A stretch of 64,000 nt of DNA from Nitrospirota bacterium (GTDB lineage: Bacteria > Nitrospirota > JACRHJ01), in the NCBI GenBank assembly GCA_963845245.1, contig CAWJRJ010000011.1, positions 134,816-198,815 on the forward strand, read 5' to 3'. Position numbers and translations under genes: made by a program. Positions 1 to 8,119 of the stretch are shown piece by piece (within the stretch, counting starts at the first letter, position 1; every line of letters begins with the position of its first letter). The notes below the pieces were generated by a model that saw nothing but the letters and a program-made list of their open reading frames with translations, was not told where the DNA came from and searched no databases.

Positions 1-348
1 GACGAGGCCGTCGCAAAGGTAACCGAGGAGCTTAAGAAGGAAGGCTTCGGCATCCTGACCGACATCGACGTCAAGGCCACCCTTAAGAAGAAGCTGGACG
101 TCGAGTTCAGGAACTACCGCATACTAGGCGCATGCAACCCGCCGTTCGCCTATGAGGCACTCCAGAAGGAGGACAAGATAGGCACGATGCTCCCCTGCAA
201 CGTCATCGTGCAGGAGAAGAAGCCGGGCGTCTGCGAGGTGTCCGCAATCGACCCGGTAGCCTCGATGATGGCGGTGGGAAACTCCGCGCTGGGCAATGTT
301 GCGACACAGGTGCAGGCAAAGCTTAAAAAAGTGATTGAGAGCCTGTAG
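1..348 (+). CDS. DUF302 domain protein (5' truncated by window edge)
   Basis: Frame 1 reads EGFGILTDIDVKATLKKKL...YRILGACNP...IGTMLPCNVIV, typical DUF302 motifs; stop TAG 346-348. Confidence 0.85.
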   Translation, partial: DEAVAKVTEELKKEGFGILTDIDVKATLKKKLDVEFRNYRILGACNPPFAYEALQKEDKIGTMLPCNVIVQEKKPGVCEVSAIDPVASMMAVGNSALGNVATQVQAKLKKVIESL

Positions 349-351
349 CAG

Positions 352-726
352 ATGTTCATACGCGACCTGAAGGACTGCGACGAGTTCATAGCCGGGGACA
401 ACACCCGGCTCCGCGAGCTTTTCAACCCCATCAAAGACCCGCTTGAGCTTCGGTACAGCCTCGCGCACGCACGGCTTGCGCCGGGCCTCGAATCCACTCC
501 ACACAGGCTCAAGACCTCAGAGGTATACTTTATATTAGAGGGTGTAGGCGAGATGCGGATAGACGGCGAGGTGCGCAATGTCGGGCCAGGCCAGGCAATA
601 TACATCCCGCCGCACGCGGTGCAGAGCATAAAGAACATCGGCAATAACGAGCTGGTGTTTATCTGCATGGTGGACCCGGCCTGGAGGCCGGAAGACGAGG
701 AAGTGCTCTATAGCGGGGTAGTTATT
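352..726 (+). CDS. Cupin domain protein (ORF reads through into next small gene; true end probably near 710-715)
   Basis: PHRLKTSEVYFILEG...GQAIYIPPHAVQSI cupin motifs; domain ends near EDEEVL. Confidence 0.75.
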
Positions 727-918
727 ATGAAGATCTGGAAAAATACCGTATGGTCGCCCTGGGCTCTTGGCAGCCTGAAGTGGAGCGGTATGTTCTTCGG
801 CGTTATTGTCGGAGCGTTCTTCCCAGAATTTGTCAGGCAGCACCTCTGGGCATTCATTGCGGCGATGCTCCTGCTTGCCATCAAACCAGTCGTAACATTC
901 TTTCGGGGGGATAATTAA
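727..918 (+). CDS. Small two-TM membrane protein, in frame with the cupin ORF
   Basis: ATG 727; hydrophobic segments GMFFGVIVGAFF and LWAFIAAMLLLAI. Confidence 0.55.
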   Translation: MKIWKNTVWSPWALGSLKWSGMFFGVIVGAFFPEFVRQHLWAFIAAMLLLAIKPVVTFFRGDN

Positions 919-944
919 TCAAGGCCATACATACGGCTTTTTAA

Positions 945-1716
945 TTACATCCCGAGCGTTTTCTGCATTTCTTTGTGTATTTTCGAATTACTCGCCAGTA
1001 TCTCGCTCTGAATCCATGAAATGAAAAGGCCCGCCGCTAAGCGATGTAACCTTGCCCCCGGCCTCGGTAACGATGAGCGTGCCAGCAGCGGTGTCCCAGG
1101 GCTTCAGCCCGAACTCCCAGTAGCCGTCGAACCGTCCCGCCGCAATGTAGCACAGGTCGAGCGCGGCAGAACCGAGCCTGCGTATCCCCTGGCTTGCAAT
1201 CGTCATCTTGTCGAACAGCGGAAGTATCATGTCGGCGCGCTTGTCGAGGTCGTACGGGAAGCCGGTGACGATGAGTGAGTTGGCAAGCTTCGGTGTCTTT
1301 GAGACGGATATTGCCTTTCCGTTAAGGAACGCCCCATTGCCCTTAACCGCATAGAACATCTCGCGCCGAACCGGGTCGTGTACCACTCCCACCAGGACCT
1401 CGCCGTCCCGCTCGTACGCGATCGAGACGCAGAAACACGGGAAGCCGTGGGAGTAGTTCACTGTTCCGTCCAGCGGGTCCACGATCCAGCGTCCGCCGTC
1501 GCCCTTCCATGCGGTCTTCTCCTCTGCGAGGAAGCCGTGGGCGGGGAAGGCATCCTTTATTATCCCTGCGATCAGCGCCTCTGAGGCCTTGTCCGCCTCG
1601 CTCACAGGGTCGCGGCGTCCGGACTTGAACTGTATGTCCTTGAGGTTGCCGAAGTAGGAGAGCAGGAGCTTGCCCGCCTCGCGGGCGGCCTTCTTTGCAA
1701 TGGTGAGTTCTTTCAT
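945..1716 (-). CDS. suhB: Inositol monophosphatase (indel near 1010)
   Basis: WIVDPLDGTVNY and WDTAAG motifs; C-terminus ILASNSKIHKEM lies in another frame ending at 945. Confidence 0.9.
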
Positions 1717-1802
1717 GTCGCAATATTAGCACAACTATAGCGCGGTTCAACTCAAAAACTAACAAAGCTATCGTGGGATTTTAGATGCGATGTATCACCG
1801 GT

Positions 1803-2240
1803 TTAATCGGCCGGGGTTATCTCGGACCTCATTATGCACACACCGGACCTGCCGCCCATGTACTGCCACTCTATGGTGTAAGTACCGTTCCCGTCGATGT
1901 ATCTCGTGACGTCCTGCTCTATCACCGCGTTTATGGGCGGGTTCGACCAGTCGGCGATCCTCTGGTTCAGGGTGGTGCCTTTCTTCTTCAGGAATATCCT
2001 GCCCTGCGTACTCAACAGATTAGGGTCCCAGCTTAGTTCGCCGCGGAATACATATTTGACGCCGGGTTTCCAATCACCGATGTAATAGGAGTAGGTATTT
2101 TCCGTGGAGTTGGGGTCGGCCTTGCCTATGGAGAGCATGCTGCAGGAGGAAGCCTTCTGCCAATCGTCGGCGATAGCGACGCCTGCCGAAAGTATTAATG
2201 CCGTGCAGAATAAAGCAAAGAACTCTATCATACGACTCAT
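1803..2240 (-). CDS. Hypothetical secreted protein
   Basis: 145-aa ORF with N-terminal signal-peptide-like segment ending AIA. Confidence 0.65.
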   Translation of the reverse strand: MSRMIEFFALFCTALILSAGVAIADDWQKASSCSMLSIGKADPNSTENTYSYYIGDWKPGVKYVFRGELSWDPNLLSTQGRIFLKKKGTTLNQRIADWSNPPINAVIEQDVTRYIDGNGTYTIEWQYMGGRSGVCIMRSEITPAD

Positions 2241-2343
2241 ATCTAGCCTCTTGCTATAATTATAACAAAAAAACTGAACTATGAGGTTTGAGGTGCTTCT
2301 TGGGATGGCGGTCTGAAAGAAAGAGCTTCGAAAAGAAAAAGAC

Positions 2344-2387
2344 TTGACATGGGCAAAAAAACTATGCTAATATGCAGATGTGCATAT
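2344..2387 (+). promoter_or_regulatory. Sigma70 promoter with overlapping palindromic operator
   Basis: TTGACA 2344-2349, TGnTAATAT 2365-2373, ATATGCA-N4-TGCATAT 2370-2387. Confidence 0.65.
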
Positions 2388-2403
2388 CGAAAGGGTGATT
2401 TTT

Positions 2404-2721
2404 ATGAAAAAGAATATATCATTTGGTAGTGTCATTTCGGAAAAGCGTAAAAAGTTAAAAATTAGTCAAAAGGACCTTGCCGCAATGATTATGAAAGAAG
2501 ATGCTCAACCGATTTCGCCGCAATATCAAAATGATATTGAGTATGACAGAAGAACCCCATCTTCCTCTATACTTATTGATCAATTCTCCGAAATTTTGGA
2601 TATAGACCGTGATTATCTTTACTATTTAGCTGGCCGTATTCCCGAGGATATTTTTGAAAAAAAGCTTGATACTCAAAACTTCATTGAAGCTATGGTTGCA
2701 TTCCGAAAAAAAATAGATTGA
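2404..2721 (+). CDS. XRE-family HTH regulator (CapH/ImmR-like)
   Basis: FGSVISEKRKKLKISQKDLA...PQYQNDIEYDRR HTH; SD AAGGGTG before ATG 2404. Confidence 0.85.
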   Translation: MKKNISFGSVISEKRKKLKISQKDLAAMIMKEDAQPISPQYQNDIEYDRRTPSSSILIDQFSEILDIDRDYLYYLAGRIPEDIFEKKLDTQNFIEAMVAFRKKID

Positions 2722-2765
2722 CTCGCTATTTTTTTTGTTTACATAATATGCAAATCAGCGGATTA
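2718..2765 (+). promoter_or_regulatory. Candidate Ubl-operon promoter with second operator copy
   Basis: TTGACT-N18-CATAAT; TAATATGCAAATCAGCGGATTA resembles the 2368-2389 site. Confidence 0.5.
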
Positions 2766-2856
2766 GTTGAGCATTTAACCTATAGACAAGGAGGTGGAAC
2801 TGTTATTCGGTTTTTCAGGTGGTTTTTATTAACTTCATTTCTCAAAGGAGTAAAAA

Positions 2857-3120
2857 ATGAAAACAGAAAATTTTGACAAGAATAACGAGACTAAAGAGCA
2901 CGGTCCCAATGTTTCAATATTTATAGATAACGTTGAAAGGCTTATTCACCGTGGGCATCAGTCTGTTGTGGCAATAAAAGAAGCTGGTAAGGTTCCTATA
3001 GCCTACGATCTTGAACAAATTATTGAAGGAACTCTTACCCCCCTCCCCGATGACGGTGCAATAACAATTAAAGGAGAGGAAAAATTTGTCAGTCACCCCA
3101 AGGACAGCGGTTCGTCTTAA
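2857..3120 (+). CDS. Multiubiquitin-type ubiquitin-like protein (BilA/BubA-like)
   Basis: VSIFIDN...LPDDGAITIKGEEKFVSHPKDSGSS; single beta-grasp-like domain with Gly two residues before C-terminus; operon context. Confidence 0.8.
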   Translation: MKTENFDKNNETKEHGPNVSIFIDNVERLIHRGHQSVVAIKEAGKVPIAYDLEQIIEGTLTPLPDDGAITIKGEEKFVSHPKDSGSS

Positions 3121-3131
3121 AGGAGGACAAA

Positions 3132-3476
3132 ATGAATATTCTACCAGATCAGATTGAAGAGTTTAAGACTCTATTTAATGATGTTCAATTTTGCGAGGAA
3201 GGTGGCAATCCTTATTTTTTAATTCCAGGACTTGCCTTACCTATGGGATGCATCCCTAATAAAACCGATGCTTTGCTATGTCCAACTACACGTGATGGTT
3301 ATACTTCACGACTTTTTTTTGCAGAAAAAATTCAAACTAGGCATTCTCTTAATTGGAATGCATTAGGAGTAAGAATCCTAGAGCGCAACTGGCATGCTTT
3401 TTCTTGGAAGATTCCCCAAGAGAATCTACGGTTGGCTCAAATGGTTGGGGCACATCTCAGGGGGCTTAGATGCTAA
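3132..3476 (+). CDS. Prokaryotic E2/UBC-like protein
   Basis: LPMGC..DALLCP..RDGYTSRLFF...NWHAFSWK; lies between Ubl and JAB genes. Confidence 0.7.
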   Translation: MNILPDQIEEFKTLFNDVQFCEEGGNPYFLIPGLALPMGCIPNKTDALLCPTTRDGYTSRLFFAEKIQTRHSLNWNALGVRILERNWHAFSWKIPQENLRLAQMVGAHLRGLRC

Positions 3477-3979
3477 TCAATTTAAAAATTACTAGATCTC
3501 TATTTAACCAAATGTATTCTGATTTAATTAGGCCTCACCCTTTTGCCTATGAAAGGGTTGGGTTCCTTTACGTAAGGCCGGGTTATATTAACAGCAAAAC
3601 GCTTCTATTGCTTGCGACAAAATATATGCCTGTCCCAGACGAAAGGTACATTAAAGATGACAGCGTTGGAGCACGGATAAATTCTACTGCAATAAGAAGT
3701 ACCATGCAAATGATAATGGATTCCTGCGAGGGAGCTTTGCATGTACACATACATCTTCACAATGGGAAGCCCGTATTTAGTAGAACCGATAACCATGAAT
3801 TGAGTAAGCTGATACCGTCGTTAAAAACAGTAGGCGTTAATTTACCTCACGGCGCATTACTGTTAAGCAAGGATAATTTTAACGCAGTTCTTTCTATCCC
3901 GAAACAAAAGAAGCTGAAGGAAGTTAGAAAGTTATCAATCATTGGTAATCCCGTTGAATTTATGGAGGCGAACAAATGA
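3470..3979 (+). CDS. JAB/MPN metallo-isopeptidase (BilC-like)
   Basis: ERVGF Glu plus HVHIH...FSRTD JAMM-like motif. Confidence 0.8.
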   Translation: MLINLKITRSLFNQMYSDLIRPHPFAYERVGFLYVRPGYINSKTLLLLATKYMPVPDERYIKDDSVGARINSTAIRSTMQMIMDSCEGALHVHIHLHNGKPVFSRTDNHELSKLIPSLKTVGVNLPHGALLLSKDNFNAVLSIPKQKKLKEVRKLSIIGNPVEFMEANK

Positions 3980-4785
3980 ATGCACGATACAAGAGACAAT
4001 CTTTTTTGGGAAGACATTCCCAAGCAATATTTGAAAACTGTGTTGTCGGAATTGTTGGATTAGGTGGTGGTGGGTCTATTATAGTTCAGCAACTAGCGCA
4101 TATCGGCTTTCTAAATTATGTTCTTTATGACAATGACATAATTGAAGATACAAATTTGAATAGGCTAGTTGGCGCCACGACGCAAGATGTAAAACATAAA
4201 AGATCTAAAATGATAATTGCGAAAAGGACTATCCAGAGACTACAACCAACGGCACATATAAATGCAAATAATTCTCGATGGCAAGATAATCCTTATCCGC
4301 TGCGGAATTGTGATATTGTATTTGGTTGTGTTGATGGGTTTGCTGAACGCAGGGATTTAGAGGTGTGTACTCGTCGCTATTTAATCCCTTATATCGATAT
4401 TGGTATTGATGTAAATCACATAGAACCTGAACCGCCAGTGTTAGGCGGTCAAGTAATTTTATCCATGCCAGGAGAACTATGCCTTTCTTGTGTTGGATTC
4501 TTAACTGAAGAAAGGCTGGAAAAGGAAGCTGCTAAATACGGAGATGCTGGTGATAAACCTCAGGTTATTTGGGCTAATGGAATAGTAGCTTCAACTGCGA
4601 TAGGAATTGCTATAGAAATTTTGACTGGATGGACCAAAGTAAAAGAAAAAATTTATTATTTAAGTTATGATGCTGCTAAAGGTACAATGCAGCCGCACGT
4701 TAGATTAGCTTACTTAGGCCATAGAAAAGGGTGCATCCATTTTCCTTTAAATCAACTCGGCGACCCAATATTGAAGACTTTATAA
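3976..4785 (+). CDS. ThiF-family E1 adenylyltransferase (BilD-like)
   Basis: RYKRQ, GLGGGGS, DNDIIEDTNLNRL, CLSC and C-terminal CIH. Confidence 0.9.
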   Translation: MNARYKRQSFLGRHSQAIFENCVVGIVGLGGGGSIIVQQLAHIGFLNYVLYDNDIIEDTNLNRLVGATTQDVKHKRSKMIIAKRTIQRLQPTAHINANNSRWQDNPYPLRNCDIVFGCVDGFAERRDLEVCTRRYLIPYIDIGIDVNHIEPEPPVLGGQVILSMPGELCLSCVGFLTEERLEKEAAKYGDAGDKPQVIWANGIVASTAIGIAIEILTGWTKVKEKIYYLSYDAAKGTMQPHVRLAYLGHRKGCIHFPLNQLGDPILKTL

Positions 4786-5388
4786 TTTCAATCGTGAGAG
4801 GAATTCAATATCTTTATCTTGATCTGCTTTTGATATTTTAGGCCTTACATCCCCAAAATATTTTCTCGAACTATCTGTTTGATAAGGAGCTTCTTCATCT
4901 AATTTAAACAGTCTGACTTGACAAATTTTACTTCCAACTACAAGTTCTACCGCGTTATTACCATGATTAAATAATTCTAGAGGAGCACAGCCTCTAAAAC
5001 CGGGTTGAAGCATCGTATTAATATGAATACCAAGCCTTGTATAGCTGCTTCTGGACAGAATATCAGCGTAAACATTCGGAGGCAATGCAACATATTCTAA
5101 TGTAGTAGAAAGAACTACTTGTCCAGGGTAGAGTATGAATTTTTCACCAATTTCTCGTCTTGTTTCTTGAAAATAAGATGAAATACCACGGTTAAAATGG
5201 TCTTGTTCTTTAGTTAGTTCAATGAATGGTTTTCTTGTAAAAATAGAAACCAGGAAATCATAACCAAGACGTAGATCTATAGTAACCGATCCAATTTGTT
5301 TTTCATCAATTAGTGGATCTATAAATAAAGAATCGAAATCGTTGGAGGAAAGTAGTTTTAAAATGTTTTTTTTATTGAGTAGTTCCAT
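4780..5388 (-). CDS. dcd: dCTP deaminase, trimeric dUTPase-like fold (accessory copy)
   Basis: IDLRLG, TTLEYV, SRSSYTRLG, QPGFRG, LELFN, KICQ motifs. Confidence 0.85.
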   Translation of the reverse strand: MELLNKKNILKLLSSNDFDSLFIDPLIDEKQIGSVTIDLRLGYDFLVSIFTRKPFIELTKEQDHFNRGISSYFQETRREIGEKFILYPGQVVLSTTLEYVALPPNVYADILSRSSYTRLGIHINTMLQPGFRGCAPLELFNHGNNAVELVVGSKICQVRLFKLDEEAPYQTDSSRKYFGDVRPKISKADQDKDIEFLSRLKL

Positions 5389-6436
5389 TTTCCCATTTCT
5401 CTTTTATCATTTTATTTCTAATAGATTTTTCCATTAAATCATTAATCATTTTATCCATTTTAAATTCATCATAATCTTTCCAATAATCTTTTCCTACAGT
5501 TTTAATGAGTTCCAAATAATTCCATCCAGCTTCAAAAATACCATGCAATTCCTCGTCATCTTGTATTTCGTATGGCCTTATGTTATCAAAGAAGGCATCC
5601 ACCTTTAGTTCTTTGTATCTTATTTTTAGTTCAAGCAACGGGTATGTCTTTAAAACATTGTTTATCTGGGTTATAATTTCATTGGGTTTTTGTTCTAAAA
5701 AATCGTTTATATTATTCAATCTGTCTCTGGATGAGGGATGAGTGTCTGATTCGGCATCATCTCCACAGATGCTAGCTAAAGATTTAAAATACGCTTTCCC
5801 CGTATAGCTTGAGGCAAATAAATCGGCAAAAAATTCTTTACGATGATTTTTAATTATTGATAGTTTTGGATCGCTGAACAGTTTCGGATCAACCGCGCCT
5901 TGGAGCAATATAGATTTTTCGGTTATCTTATAGTATTGGTCTATAAAATGCCCTAACTCATGATATAAAGGGACAACGTGAAGTGGTTTATGTTGATAGA
6001 TGTTAGGAAACGCTATTTGTATCAGCTCGTCGTTGATTTGGATTGGTAAGAAAGGAGTTATTACTTTGCCCGGATTTATCGTAAAAAAATGAAAATCAGG
6101 AGCTTCTTCTGTCAAAGCTGTCGTCAATGCGCTAGATGAAATTTGCCAATCCCCTAGTGCTTTCTTTAACGCATAAACAATTTCATATGGTATTCTATTA
6201 TTAGAACTGCCACTAAAATATTTTCTTGAGTACCAAAGAATAGTTGTTATATTTTCTGAAATTTGAGACGGTGTCGCCTCATAATTTTTTAATAGATAAT
6301 CTGAGGCTTGTATAATTTGTTGTAAATATGAATAGATTTTCTTATCAAAAAAGGGGACTTGGGAGAGCCTAACTAGTTCCTCATTAATCAATTTTAAATC
6401 ATTTTTACTATGCAGAAACTTCCTCCATTTCCTCAA
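5372..6436 (-). CDS. HEXXH zinc metallopeptidase-like protein (M48-like motifs); start uncertain
   Basis: YHELGH, EFFADLFA, SDTHPSSRDR; no clear TM segments. Confidence 0.7.
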   Translation of the reverse strand: MRKWRKFLHSKNDLKLINEELVRLSQVPFFDKKIYSYLQQIIQASDYLLKNYEATPSQISENITTILWYSRKYFSGSSNNRIPYEIVYALKKALGDWQISSSALTTALTEEAPDFHFFTINPGKVITPFLPIQINDELIQIAFPNIYQHKPLHVVPLYHELGHFIDQYYKITEKSILLQGAVDPKLFSDPKLSIIKNHRKEFFADLFASSYTGKAYFKSLASICGDDAESDTHPSSRDRLNNINDFLEQKPNEIITQINNVLKTYPLLELKIRYKELKVDAFFDNIRPYEIQDDEELHGIFEAGWNYLELIKTVGKDYWKDYDEFKMDKMINDLMEKSIRNKMIKEKWENGTTQ

Positions 6437-6737
6437 GAATATGGCAAGCTATTTTAGGTGTCAAACTATTGTAATCTTTTAACTCAATAATATCATTGCG
6501 AAAACATGTTTTAATTTTAATTTTTAGAGCTAATTCAATTGCTTCTGGATAAATTTTTTCATCAGCATTTTGGGGTTCGGAAATTAATAACTTAACCTGT
6601 TCGAGAACTTTATCAAAATAGAAAATTAACGTCTGAGGAATAGGCTTCTTTTCTACAGTATTTAATAATAAAACTAATTTGAATAGGTTCATCTCAGCTG
6701 ATGTATTAACAGCTGCATTAATTTTTGCTGCTATCAT
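6408..6737 (-). CDS. Hypothetical protein, first gene of the peptidase-dcd operon
   Basis: Strong SD GGAGG before ATG; overlaps next ORF. Confidence 0.7.
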   Translation of the reverse strand: MIAAKINAAVNTSAEMNLFKLVLLLNTVEKKPIPQTLIFYFDKVLEQVKLLISEPQNADEKIYPEAIELALKIKIKTCFRNDIIELKDYNSLTPKIACHILEEMEEVSA

Positions 6738-6798
6738 AAAATTACCTCCCTCTTTTTAAATTAGTGTTATGCAGGAGGAAACTAAACACCTTCATTAT

Positions 6799-6828
6799 AT
6801 TATAGTTAAGAGATACATTTATTGTCAA
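6799..6828 (-). promoter_or_regulatory. Consensus sigma70 promoter of the peptidase-dcd operon
   Basis: TTGACA-N18-TATAAT on minus strand. Confidence 0.7.
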
Positions 6829-6949
6829 ATTTGTACCTCCGTATGCCAGAGAGTAAAAGAGGAGAGGAAAATCTGACCAATTTTATATGACTTTCATTCA
6901 AGAAGCAATATTTTTCTCTTGACAAGGTATTTTTAATAATCACTACAAT

Positions 6950-7636
6950 CTAAACCTCAAACATCCCCGACCAGCGCCTTAGCTCTTTCGGGTCCGATAT
7001 GATTATCTTCTTGCCTTCGGTGCGGATGATGCCGTCTGACTTGAATTCGGAAAGGATGCGGATGACAGTCTCCTGCGCGACGCCGACCATCTCGGATATC
7101 TCCTGGCGCGACAGCGTGAATTCCGGCCCCTGGTCCTCGCCCTTCGAGTTGAACAGGGTCATAAGGAGGCTGGCCACCTTCTCGCGCGCGTCCTTCAGGC
7201 CCAGGTCGCGTATCCTGTCCTGCGCCTTGTTAAGCTCGCGGTTCATTATCTGGATGAACTTCAGGCCGACCTCGGGGTTGTTCTTGAGGAGTTCGATGAG
7301 GTCTTTCTTCTTTATGCAGCAAAGCTCGGCGTCGGCGATGACCTCGGCGGTGCTCTGGTAATGCTCTTCATAGAGCGAGTCGAAGCCAAGCATGTCCCCG
7401 GCGGAGAGGACGTTTATTATCTGCTCGCGCCCGTCTGCGAGTGACTTATAGATTTTTATCGTGCCGGATTTGATGATGTAGACGACGTTGCTGGGGGTGT
7501 CCTCAAGGAATACGATCTTCTTTCGCTTGAAGGACTTCATGTAGATGAGTGCGCTGATCTTGTCAAGCTCCGCGAAGCCGAGCCCGGCGAGTATCGTGAT
7601 GTTCCTTACTACGCAGTTCTTGCAGTCGCAGCCCAT
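6950..7636 (-). CDS. Crp/Fnr-family regulator with N-terminal Cys cluster
   Basis: MGCDCKNC, cNMP-binding domain, SRQEISEMVGVAQETVIR HTH. Confidence 0.9.
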   Translation of the reverse strand: MGCDCKNCVVRNITILAGLGFAELDKISALIYMKSFKRKKIVFLEDTPSNVVYIIKSGTIKIYKSLADGREQIINVLSAGDMLGFDSLYEEHYQSTAEVIADAELCCIKKKDLIELLKNNPEVGLKFIQIMNRELNKAQDRIRDLGLKDAREKVASLLMTLFNSKGEDQGPEFTLSRQEISEMVGVAQETVIRILSEFKSDGIIRTEGKKIIISDPKELRRWSGMFEV

Positions 7637-7637
7637 G

Positions 7638-8116
7638 TTATTTCACTTTCTCTGTCGTGCAGGAGGACTCCAGCAGCCGCCTCGCCTTCTCCCGCAGGTC
7701 CTTATCCGAGATATTGGCCAGCGACTCTTCTATATCCTCATGCTCCTGCGGCCGGAGCTTCCTCTTCTTGGGTATGAACTTTTCCTTCTTTATCGGACTC
7801 GCGTCCGGGCGTACAAGCTTGCCTGAGCGGAACTTTATGTCCGTGACGGTGCCCGTCGCCCATGACCGAGTTTATCTTCTCGATCAGGCCGGGCGCCATC
7901 ATCGAAAGCTGGTGCATCCAGACCGGGCTGTCAACCGTGACGGTGAGTATGCCGCCCTTTATCGACTCGGGCAGCGCGTGTTTCGCTATACCAGCCCCGA
8001 CAGTCTTGTCCCAGGCTGCAAGGAGCTTTGCCATAATGCCGCCCCTGCCAAGCCCGTGCTCGCCCATCACCTTTGAGAGTATGTCACCAAGCGTCGATGG
8101 GGTCTGGCATTGCCAT
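7638..8116 (-). CDS. dciA: DUF721/DciA family protein (indels near 8100 and 7850)
   Basis: W...VG..IAKHA.P...GILTVTVDSPVWMHQL motif. Confidence 0.75.
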
Positions 8117-8119
8117 AAC

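Larger units (their letters stand above)
2250..6949. mobile_element. AT-rich accessory/defence island (no integrase visible)
   Basis: Abrupt GC drop relative to flanks; two convergent operons; boundaries approximate. Confidence 0.75.

Noticed and set aside
352..918. Cupin-membrane protein fusion
   Set aside because: A TAG lies just out of frame after EDEEVL and an ATG starts the hydrophobic part; likely two genes joined by an indel
6919..6949. Plus-strand promoter TTGACA-N19-TACAAT
   Set aside because: Poor spacing and points antisense into the Fnr-like gene; may be chance in AT-rich DNA
2240..6950. att sites, tRNA target or integrase for the island
   Set aside because: None found by eye at either boundary
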